From a virus, in the IMG/VR virus record IMGVR_UViG_3300045988_026316: a stretch of DNA of 64,000 nucleotides; one strand, written 5' to 3'. The notes beneath the pieces were generated by a model, which was not told where the DNA came from, did not search any database, and saw only the letters and a list, made by a program, of their open reading frames with translations. Positions 34,683 to 43,800 of the stretch are shown one piece after another. Each line of letters opens with the position of its first letter. Within the stretch, counting starts at the first letter, position 1. The translations under genes and the position numbers were made by a program.

Positions 34683-36251
34683 ATGATAACACTACCTACA
34701 AGTAAGGTTCCAGCAACATCCACGAATCCCAAATTTTTGATTCTTTATGGGCGCCCTGAAGTTTTGGGGCTTTGTCAGGTGACTGACATCGAAAAAACCT
34801 CTAATTTCTGAAACCACTTTATGTTTTTCAACGTTTTTATATAAAACACGGAAAATTAAAGTAAATCAGAAGCTAAGTTATGGTGACACAAAAAACTATT
34901 GAAAGGTACACAAAATTTGTCGGGCTTGATTTCGGCTGTATTCATGTAGACAGCATCGATTTGTCAAAAATCAAGTCAAACAGAGTTTATTTCAACTGCA
35001 CATGTACTGTGTGCGGAAGAAAATTACACATGCGATCAGACGGCTTGCGTAAAACAAGAGTTGGCTGTAATAAATGTATGGGTATTTGGAGAAAATCCCA
35101 TTTTGAAGAAATCGAATCTAAAAATCCTATTAAAAAAGACATTAGAAACAAATATTCGCATTTTAAAAACAACGCAATTGTGCGTGGAATCAATTTTGAT
35201 TTAACAAAAGAAGACGTTCTAAATATGTGTGAACAAAAATGTTTTTATTGCGGAAAAGAAAGATGTCTTGGAATAGACAGGCTCGATAATTCAAAAGGAT
35301 ATACTGTAAAAAATTGTGTACCATGTTGCGGATGCTGTAATAAAATGAAGATGGATTTAGAACCAAATTTCTTTTTATCACAGATTGAAAAAATTCACAA
35401 CAATATTGAAACCATAAAAAGTTCATCGACTATCTCGAAAGAGAGTACATCTAAAACTATTGTAGATGGAAACGGGGTTCATCTCAAATTTGATAGAGAT
35501 GGTGATATAGTCAAGTCTGCATAGTGATATGCAGCAGTTCATAAGAGAACGCATTCGAAGTAGTGAATCGAATGGAATAAAAACGAAATGCGGAAAAACG
35601 TCCGCTCTTGCCCAATTAGATGATAATCTAATAATCGATCTGGAGGGAGGAAGTACGTTCATTGATGCTATGGCTGTACAAGCCAGAAACGTTAGTGATC
35701 TTGGAGAGATTGCTCAAGCCATTAGAGCTAAGAACACTGAAGTGGGGCATAATTTCTACAGACATATCACTATTGATAATGCCACTCGTTTAGAAGAAAT
35801 CTGCCTAGGTTACGCCGCTACGTTATACAAGAAAACTCCACTTGGTAAGAAGTGGGAAGGAACAGACGTCAAAACTCTTCCGAACGGATCCGGGTATTTA
35901 TATATTCGCCAAGCCGTCCGCAAAGTTATTGATATGTTCCGTGAATTGTGTGATGAGTTCATTCTAGTAGGTCATGTAAAAGACATACAGATTGAACAGA
36001 ATGGTGAAGAACTTAGCCAGATGGCCCTCGATTTAGTGGGAAAACTTGGAACTATCATCTGTGGCGAATCTGATGCTGTTGGACTCGTATATCGTAAAGG
36101 TAACGAAACACATGTCAGTTTTGTTGGAGGTGATGGTACAACAAAGGAAGCACGAGCTCCCCATTTGCGTGGAAAAGACATTATTATTGCAACAGGTAAT
36201 GATGATGGTACGATAACCACGTATTGGGATAAAGTGTACAAGAACGATTAA
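34683..36251 (+). CDS. AAA_24/Sak4-like P-loop ATPase, two exons 34683..34757 + 35586..36251
   Basis: Exon 1 ends ...KFLILYGRP and exon 2 begins KCGKTSALAQLDDNLIIDLEGG. Only the joined product has an intact Walker A motif, G-RPKC-GKT. Confidence 0.7.
34758..35585 (+). mobile_element. group I intron carrying an HNH endonuclease ORF
   Basis: The exon ends GCCCU, which pairs with the guide GGGGC (34766-34770) and puts U.G at the splice site across an 8-nt loop. An R-like box GTCAGGTGACTGACA lies at 34774-34788 and the S box GATATAGTC at 35504-35512. Two 3' hairpins follow, and the terminal G is at 35585. Confidence 0.7.
34880..35524 (+). CDS. HNH homing endonuclease (intron-encoded)
   Basis: It has an N-terminal Cys4 knuckle, and GIDRLDNSKGYTVKNCVPCCGCCNKMK is a typical phage HNH core. 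The stop TAG is followed directly by TGA. Confidence 0.8.
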   Translation: MVTQKTIERYTKFVGLDFGCIHVDSIDLSKIKSNRVYFNCTCTVCGRKLHMRSDGLRKTRVGCNKCMGIWRKSHFEEIESKNPIKKDIRNKYSHFKNNAIVRGINFDLTKEDVLNMCEQKCFYCGKERCLGIDRLDNSKGYTVKNCVPCCGCCNKMKMDLEPNFFLSQIEKIHNNIETIKSSSTISKESTSKTIVDGNGVHLKFDRDGDIVKSA

Positions 36252-36272
36252 GAACTATAAAGTCAAGAAATT

Positions 36273-36872
36273 ATGTTTAATACGAAGAACGCAGTTATTA
36301 CAAATACAGAGAGTAACGGCAACTACATGCCTGCCGGTATCAATGAGAATGTGCATTTGAAGGAGGTTAACGTAAATGTATCTCCTACTGGTCTAGACTT
36401 CCTGGAGATTGTCTTTGAGAACAAAGATGGTCAGACAGTTAGTATGAGTGAGTGGCAGAACAAGAAGGGTTTGTATACAAAGACCGATGAGGATCTTCAG
36501 CGTGCTGATGATCGCCAATTTGGTCGTTTGATTCAGATCATCAATTGTTTCTATCTGACAATCGAGGATGTTGAGCTTAACTCATTCAAGGAGATGATCA
36601 CTTGGGTTAAGAATAAACTTGATCCCATGATCGCTACGCAAAAGGAGCTTCGTCTCAAGGCCGTGTTCGATAAGAACAATTATGTAACAGTCTCAAAGAA
36701 CGGTATCTTTGTAGAGCCGATGACTGTAGACAAGAAAGATTCCCAGATAAAGAAGTTTAGTCGTGACAATTTTGAACGTACAATTGTTGCTGACAAGGAG
36801 ACTTCTAATGACCCGCTTACTGGTAAGAGTACTCCGGATACTGGGAAAGGTGCTGACGACCTTCCATTCTAA
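36273..36872 (+). CDS. single-stranded DNA-binding protein (putative)
   Basis: The C-terminal tail ...GKGADDLPF matches the acidic D-D-(I/L)-P-F tip of SSBs. The gene sits in the replication module. Confidence 0.55.
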   Translation: MFNTKNAVITNTESNGNYMPAGINENVHLKEVNVNVSPTGLDFLEIVFENKDGQTVSMSEWQNKKGLYTKTDEDLQRADDRQFGRLIQIINCFYLTIEDVELNSFKEMITWVKNKLDPMIATQKELRLKAVFDKNNYVTVSKNGIFVEPMTVDKKDSQIKKFSRDNFERTIVADKETSNDPLTGKSTPDTGKGADDLPF

Positions 36873-36939
36873 AATGGTCAGTGGTGGAATGAATCCTAAA
36901 CCCTAAGCTTACCGGATTGTGCTTTAAACAATCCGACAA

Positions 36940-37006
36940 CTCGTGAACGGTTTTCCTTAGTTTGTGTGTTTAATAGGGAAGAGAGGTTCGATTCCTCTCC
37001 ACGAGA
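36940..37006 (+). ncRNA. D-arm-less tRNA-like element TLE7
   Basis: Acceptor CTCGTGA/CCACGAG pairs at 6 of 7 positions. The T arm is AGAGG-TTCGATT-CCTCT, and a 7-bp stem with a 17-nt loop replaces the anticodon arm. It ends 24 nt before ATG 37030. Confidence 0.4.
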
Positions 37007-37029
37007 CTAACATAGAACTTATAAGTCAA

Positions 37030-38031
37030 ATGTATAGCACAAGAACAGCTAAAACAATGAGTTTAAAAGACTTATTGGATAAGTTGGATGATTATGCTAT
37101 TTTCTCGTATTATCTTGGTGATTTTAAGATCAACAAGCTAATGAATAGTCCACTTCGATCTGATGACAAGAATCCATCGTTTGCTGTATTTAGAAGCAGA
37201 ACTGGAGGGTTGTTGTATAAAGATCACGGCACTGGTGATGGAGGTAACGCTATTGATTTTATCAAGCGATATCGAAACATCAACACAAGACCAGAGCTTG
37301 AAAAAGAACTACTTCGCATAATAAGAAGGGTTAATCCTTCTCAATCCTATCATATCTCCACATACGATTACTCTACGTACCATGATATGGATTTCGGAAT
37401 AGTTCGACAACCGTTTACTAGCGTAGATAGAGATTACTGGAAACAGTTTTCGGTATCTATGTCTACGTTAAACTTATATCAAGTGTTTAGCATTAAATAT
37501 TTTCTTTGTAATAGAATCGTCCGTGGAATCTACAAAGAATGTAATCCTATGTATGCGTATAAGGTTGGTAACAAATTTAAAATATATCGACCTTTAGCCT
37601 CTAAGTATACTAAATGGCGTTCTAATCTGACAAATGAGGACGTACAGGGATTATCTGAATTACCCAAGGAGGGTGGGAGTATTCTCATTATCACAAAGTC
37701 TCTTAAAGATGTGATGGTACTACATGAGATGGGATTTAATGCTATTGCCGCAGCAAGTGAGACAACATTCATACCTGAAGATATACTGGCTACTTTGAGT
37801 ACCAAGTGGTCTAAAATACTGATACTGTACGATCGAGATGCAACAGGAATGTTAAATGCTCGTAAGTTAAGTAAGAAGTATGGATATGATGCATTTTTCA
37901 TCCATAAGAGCTTTAAAGCCAAAGATATATCAGATGCTGTTAGAGACAACGGCTTTGATAAAGTAAAACAATGGTTGACCAAAACGTTAAGTAGATATGA
38001 AGATACTATGATACAAAATGTCGAAAGTTAA
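37030..38031 (+). CDS. DNA primase (TOPRIM domain)
   Basis: The N-terminal segment is SPLRSDDKNPSFAVF...YKDHGTGDGGNAIDFI. The TOPRIM region is ILIITKSLKDVMVL...ILILYDRDATG. The track start at 36964 would translate the tRNA-like element. Confidence 0.75.
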   Translation: MYSTRTAKTMSLKDLLDKLDDYAIFSYYLGDFKINKLMNSPLRSDDKNPSFAVFRSRTGGLLYKDHGTGDGGNAIDFIKRYRNINTRPELEKELLRIIRRVNPSQSYHISTYDYSTYHDMDFGIVRQPFTSVDRDYWKQFSVSMSTLNLYQVFSIKYFLCNRIVRGIYKECNPMYAYKVGNKFKIYRPLASKYTKWRSNLTNEDVQGLSELPKEGGSILIITKSLKDVMVLHEMGFNAIAAASETTFIPEDILATLSTKWSKILILYDRDATGMLNARKLSKKYGYDAFFIHKSFKAKDISDAVRDNGFDKVKQWLTKTLSRYEDTMIQNVES

Positions 38032-38428
38032 GGCTAACAAAGCGGTTCCTAAAGGAACTAGGTTAAAACATGTAATTCAAGATGGCTATGAATTTAAAAG
38101 TCCATTAGAGGCTTATACTTGGAACGAATTCAAAAAACATAATATTCCAGTACAGTATGAGCCTCAACATTTTGAACTACAACCAAAGTTCGAATACCTC
38201 GGGAAACGCTATCGCAATATAAAGTATACTCCAGACTTTATTGGAGATGGGTTTGTGTGCGAATGTAAAGGGAGGGTGCAACGAGACTTCCCCCTTCGTT
38301 GGAAGATGTTTTTATACAACTTTAAGCTGAAAGGCTTAGAACGAAAGGCGTACATCGTACATAATCACAAAGAGGTAGATTCAATGATTCAAGAGATTAA
38401 ATCCAGAAACAATGAAAGAATTTGCTAA
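38018..38428 (+). CDS. DUF1064-like PD-(D/E)XK nuclease (putative resolvase)
   Basis: Carries the pattern GYEFKSPLE...YTPDF...ECKG. Confidence 0.5.
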   Translation: MSKVKANKAVPKGTRLKHVIQDGYEFKSPLEAYTWNEFKKHNIPVQYEPQHFELQPKFEYLGKRYRNIKYTPDFIGDGFVCECKGRVQRDFPLRWKMFLYNFKLKGLERKAYIVHNHKEVDSMIQEIKSRNNERIC

Positions 38429-39167
38429 AATGGGTGACCGAATTATTCCGTCACCTCAGGGTATTGATTATGAGCTTAATTGTGATCATGTGTATGAGAT
38501 GCAATATGATCCATATAGTGGTGAAATATATCTTGTAGAACGAGATCCTATTAAGGATCAAGTGCTATATTTTACACAAGATGACAAGAAGTTTATTAAT
38601 TGTGTCCTAAACCATGCATCTCGAAGTGAGAAGACTACTGGTGTACTGCTGTGTGGTCTAAAGGGTTCAGGTAAGACTGCTATGGCTAAACATATAGCTA
38701 AGAAGTCAGGAATGCCTGTACTGATTGGAAATCCCTGTATCAGGATAAATCGTCTGAAAGAGTTTTGTGCAAAGATTCATCAAGCTGTTTGTATAATATT
38801 TGATGAATTTGAGAAGGAGTGGGATTCTTCTGAGGTACTAACTCTTTTGGATGGAGTCCAAGACGGTTGTAAGCGATTAGTGCTTATGACTTGTAATGAC
38901 AAGAAAGGTTTGTCTGATTATTTGTTTGACCGCTGTTCTCGTATACGTTATCAACGAGAATTCTATGGCGTTGGCGAAGACATAGTCAACAAGTTGGTTA
39001 CTAGTGTTTGTGGAAAAGAGGATAAAGAATTAGCTAATTTTATATTCAGCAAGTTCAAAGTGTTGTCTTACGACAATATAATGTCTTTCTTGGACGAGTT
39101 AAATCATTCCAATGATTCGAAAGAAGATATTCTCAAATTCATGAACATAGCACTCAAAAATGAGTAA
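38412..39167 (+). CDS. AAA+ ATPase
   Basis: Walker A is GLKGSGKTAMAKHIA and Walker B is CIIFDEFEK. Confidence 0.7.
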   Translation: MKEFAKMGDRIIPSPQGIDYELNCDHVYEMQYDPYSGEIYLVERDPIKDQVLYFTQDDKKFINCVLNHASRSEKTTGVLLCGLKGSGKTAMAKHIAKKSGMPVLIGNPCIRINRLKEFCAKIHQAVCIIFDEFEKEWDSSEVLTLLDGVQDGCKRLVLMTCNDKKGLSDYLFDRCSRIRYQREFYGVGEDIVNKLVTSVCGKEDKELANFIFSKFKVLSYDNIMSFLDELNHSNDSKEDILKFMNIALKNE

Positions 39168-39291
39168 TAAAGAGTCAGACGAACTGAAAAAGCAATTCGA
39201 GATTGCATTTAAAAACCATGATCCTAAGCTTGCGTTAGAAATAATACGTAGGCATAAGGGTTTGAGACATCGATCCAATGGAAAAGACTAA
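39160..39291 (+). CDS. small hypothetical protein (43 aa)
   Basis: The frame runs from ATG 39160 to TAA 39289-39291 and overlaps both neighbours. It is below the track cut-off. Confidence 0.3.
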   Translation: MSNKESDELKKQFEIAFKNHDPKLALEIIRRHKGLRHRSNGKD

Positions 39292-40258
39292 GATCCCGTA
39301 TTATGAGGATATGACTCGAATAAGCAATAGCAACATAGGCTGGTTCCTAAAGAAGGGGCCAGCCTATTTGCGTAATATGCTTGATGGGAAAGAAGAAGGT
39401 TTGAGCTTACCACAATTAGCTAAGGGTACAATGATACACGAATACCTTCTTCAACCTGAAGAGTTCCAAAAAGACTACGTTGTATGGGATGCTCCGCAAC
39501 CGAAATCCTCACAAGAAACAAAGTTCTGTGAAGAGCTAGCTACAACCACTGAAATAGAGCCTGATAAAGCCGTTCTAAGCGCATATAAAGCCGCATACAG
39601 GACAACTGGCCAGAGTGAGAGTAAAATGCTCTCAGAAGGCCTAAAAAAGGCCTCTACGCTTAATTCGTATATCCAGAGCATCAAGGAGAACGATAAGCGT
39701 ATTAAGATAAGCCCATATACGATGAATAAGCTCATGGAACTGTCTGAAGTATGTAACAAACACAAGAAAGCAAAAGAGCTTCTTGAGAATGTAACTAATT
39801 CGGATGTAAAAACATATCATGAGTTTCACATCAACTGGTATGCATATGGTGTTGCATGTAAATCACTGTTAGATTGTGTCAAATTTGACATCGATCATAA
39901 AACAATAACATTGATGGACATTAAGACAACATCACATCTATACTCATTTGAAGATAGCATGAAGGAGTTTGACTATTTGAGACAATTATGTTTCTATACG
40001 ATGGCTCTTAACTGGTATATTGAGAATGAATTAGATGACGACCCTTGTGACTGGGCTTTCAAGTGGTATATTGTAGGAATTTCTAACGATTGGTCTAATC
40101 AGGTGAGAGTGTTTGAATTCACATCTGATCAGGTCTGTAGTAGGGAAAATACTATAATTAACGCTCTTCAAGAAATCAAATGGCATCAAGAGACAAATCA
40201 GTGGGATTATTATAGATCTTACTATGAGTCCGATGGTGCTGAAAAACTGAACCTATGA
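39278..40258 (+). CDS. PD-(D/E)XK (RecB/YqaJ-like) exonuclease
   Basis: LLDCVKFD...ITLMDIKTT fits a D...(D/E)xK nuclease core. The gene sits in the recombination-gene neighbourhood. Confidence 0.6.
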   Translation: MEKTKIPYYEDMTRISNSNIGWFLKKGPAYLRNMLDGKEEGLSLPQLAKGTMIHEYLLQPEEFQKDYVVWDAPQPKSSQETKFCEELATTTEIEPDKAVLSAYKAAYRTTGQSESKMLSEGLKKASTLNSYIQSIKENDKRIKISPYTMNKLMELSEVCNKHKKAKELLENVTNSDVKTYHEFHINWYAYGVACKSLLDCVKFDIDHKTITLMDIKTTSHLYSFEDSMKEFDYLRQLCFYTMALNWYIENELDDDPCDWAFKWYIVGISNDWSNQVRVFEFTSDQVCSRENTIINALQEIKWHQETNQWDYYRSYYESDGAEKLNL

Positions 40259-40713
40259 GTCAATTGTTAAAATTTGCTGTATCTAATCTAAATACGAATC
40301 TGACTTATTCTGATGTTAGTCCACAAGCAGGCTTTGTTAAAGCCAGTTTTGACGATATCGATAGGCCGTTCTTAGATAATCACTTTTTTCTAATGTATGA
40401 TTGGAGTGTTAAGGATAAGCAAGTAGCTGCTACAGAATATAAACTACGATCGTTTGATAATTTGTATAATGTACGTACAATGTTTGTCAATAAAAAGCCT
40501 TATGTTGTATATGCATTTACATTGCCTGTGAATCTAAAGCGTATGAAGAGTTGTTCGTTTATAGATACGAAGACTAAGAAAAACGCATTAGACTTTTGGT
40601 GGAATTACGATTTCAACTTTAGTTCGGACATACTGAACAATAAGTTGTATACACCATATGTGTATGATCCTATTCCTGCACAAGATTATAGGCCAGACGA
40701 CGAGTCTATGTAA
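40255..40713 (+). CDS. hypothetical protein
   Basis: Track ORF, the last gene of the forward block. Confidence 0.55.
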   Translation: MSQLLKFAVSNLNTNLTYSDVSPQAGFVKASFDDIDRPFLDNHFFLMYDWSVKDKQVAATEYKLRSFDNLYNVRTMFVNKKPYVVYAFTLPVNLKRMKSCSFIDTKTKKNALDFWWNYDFNFSSDILNNKLYTPYVYDPIPAQDYRPDDESM

Positions 40714-40760
40714 CAAAAAAAGGAGATGTTCAGATATACTGAACGTCTCCTTTTATTTTT
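40714..40760. terminator. bidirectional terminator between convergent blocks
   Basis: An A-run precedes the 12-bp stem GGAGATGTTCAG/CTGAACGTCTCC, and a T-run follows it. Confidence 0.7.
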
Positions 40761-40821
40761 TATATTACATATTACATTATTTGTCGTGAGGTTAAACAGA
40801 TAACAACATTACAGATAGTCA

Positions 40822-43800
40822 TCAGAAGTCGTCTGTAAAGCCTTCGTTACCGAAATCATCCGTAAATTCATCATCAGAAACCTTGGATTGATTATTCTCA
40901 ACCCATTGTGTCTTTTTAGGAACGATGAAGTTATTAGGCGATTGTTGTAAATAGAAGTTTGTGGTGGATTTAATACCTTCTACATGTAATCCTTTAATGA
41001 GTGCATCTGCAGAAGTATTTTGGAATATTTTAAAAATATCCTTAGTGAATCTATTAAAACCTTTATATCCACCTTGTTTGACCTCCTCATCTGATCTATC
41101 GTTGATGATATCCATTGGAATATCCATCCATCTATTCAAATTTTCAATATACGATTTTGCAACAGACGGTGTACTAAGTATATCCATAACAACGCCTGGT
41201 GAATACGCAGAAGCTCGCTCTTGAAACAACTTTAACGTAAATGCAAGCATGTGCCAACGAGCTAGATTCTTAGTTGCCTAATCCATATTACTTGTGTCTA
41301 CGTCAATTATAGGTTTTCCATTAAATGGAAGTAAGTCGATAACCCATTCAGGATCTTTATCAGGATCATCTCCATCATGACCATATGTAAACGGAACAAC
41401 AAATCCTAACAACGCTACAACAATACCAGCCAATATAGTCATATCAGCAATCGTTCTACGAACAGCATATCGTTGATTGTCTGTATATTCAAGATTCATA
41501 CCAGATTGTTCAGACTTCTTTTTCCATCCAATAGCTTGACTTAACCAAGTTCTACGTAACCACTTCTGACAGCCACGTATAAAGTCTTTAAACACAGCCC
41601 CATCAAACTATCCTGTTGATAGATTTTCGTAACCCATTTGATCTCCAACATGTCCGTATTCACTAGACCAGCTTATGTTTTCATTCTTATTGTTGAATTT
41701 AACATAATCAATACCGTTGTTTCCAAACATGTCCCAATATCGATTTACGAAGAATCCACGCATCAATAAGAAGAATGAACCCCATATGTTCTAAGATAAG
41801 AATGCTTTTTCAGACTGATGAACAACTCCATTATATACGGATGTGCGATCATGTAATAGTTTAGCCATTCTGTTCTTAAGATCTTCTGTGACGTATTGTT
41901 CATACTCTTTTTTAACAGAGAAGTTACCATCTTTGTCAAACTCATAAGCATCCCACAGTGTTATTTCTGATCTTTTCCAAACACGTTTACCAGCTTTACG
42001 ACCAAGCTTCATATTATTCAGAATATTACGCTCCATATCAATGATTTGATTACGAGACATAAACTTCTTCTCACCAGTTGTTAGATCTTCAACAAGCTTA
42101 AAATGTCTATAAAAAGCAATCAGCGTTGATGTGTTAATCATATAATCAGCTAACGAATATCCAGCCATTCTTCCAAAGAACATGTGTGCAAGTTTATTTA
42201 GCTTACTACGATCTGTTTGTTTAAATATACCATGTATATCTTTATCACCAGCCTGATTATATCGCATAGCTGCTTCGAGCTTGTTATGAGCTTCTCTAGC
42301 TCCTATGTTGAAAAACGATTGCAGCGAATATATCATTGCATGTGTCCATCCGTATATGAAATCTGAAACGGTCATATATTTACCACCAATAGCGTCAACA
42401 AATGAGCTTATCCATGCATCAGCATAACCGACAGTCATTACCGTGATATTGTTACCCAAAAGAGCAACTGTTGCCAAAGAACGTATTGTTTTAGCACGTT
42501 GTTGAATGGTTTTATCTGACTAAGCATCACGTTTGCTTTTAGTTCTAATCTTAGCAGATGTCTCTTGACCAAATACACGAGAATCAAGTATGTTCTTAAG
42601 TTTCTGAGCTTGCTTACCTTGATCTGTACGTAACTATTGGTTACCACCAGGTTCTGTTGTTTCAAGGGCTCTTTGTAAAAGTTCCCACGATGCAACATGC
42701 TTAGATTTGTTGTTAAAGTTAGCAGCCATTTGATAATACATAATAACAGATCCTAATACATCTGTTGTTATCAAAGATGGATCTTCTAATCGTTGTACCC
42801 AACGAACTGGTAGGTTTGTAATAGGAGTACCATCTGGTCTACGAGGAATATCTAAGTTACTAGTTGCATCTGCATGTTGTTCAGAATATTTACCGCTAAA
42901 TGCATCAACACCCATGTATTTAATAGTTTTCCACATATTACCATTAAACATGTTACGATACAACATTTGCATCTTGTCGCCAGTTATTTGTGGTAATAAT
43001 TCTGATCGCTCTGAAGCATGTTGAGGTATATATGAATTAGCCTCATCCATAGTGCTTTTCAATGCGTTTAAGAATTGCATGTATTTACTATTCTTAGCCA
43101 ACTTATCATATTTATCATTATGATAAATATCCTCATGTGGTTGTACGGGATGATTATCGTTTGAATCAAAACCTTTGTGATTTACAAAGTCTGATGCTTC
43201 ATCAAGTTCTTGATAATCACTTATTGGAACTCTTTCAATCAGTTTATACGTCTTACCACCCTCAGATATTGTATCAAGTTTTGGTGCTAAATATGAAAAC
43301 GCACTTAACTATACAGTTCTACCACTTTCGTCGACATACGTAAATAAATCTGCAAACTGTTGATACATTGCAGGATTAGTTGCACCAACTTTATTATACA
43401 CTTGCGATAGATAGTTGAAATACGCAGTACGACTACCATCTGTTGTAACACACTGAATCATATCAGCAAATGTCTTGAAGGGAATTTTAGGTTTTGTTTT
43501 AGAAATCTTACCTTGTTCAATAAGCTCACGTTTAACCTTAGCAATCTCCTAGTCGATTCTCTTAAGCTCCCTCCACATAGATGTGTCAGTTGATAATCCA
43601 GTACCAGCTTTATCTAAGTTAGGTTGATAGAACCCGAGTTTATATTTCATAAGATTTATAAGCTCTTTCTTACGCTTATTTAAAGCGTCTAGTCTTGGAT
43701 CTTTATACTTACGACCTAACTGTGATAAAAGATCATAAAAGTCATCGGTAAGTTGTGTAGAAGTATTATCATTTATGAACCTATTACGTTCGTTAGGATC

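Noticed and set aside
36964-37029. The N-terminal extension of the primase from the track start GTG 36964; similarly 4453..4530 for the small membrane protein.
   Set aside because: The extensions translate straight through tRNA-like T-arm sequences. Internal ATGs (37030 and 4452) give sensible N-termini.
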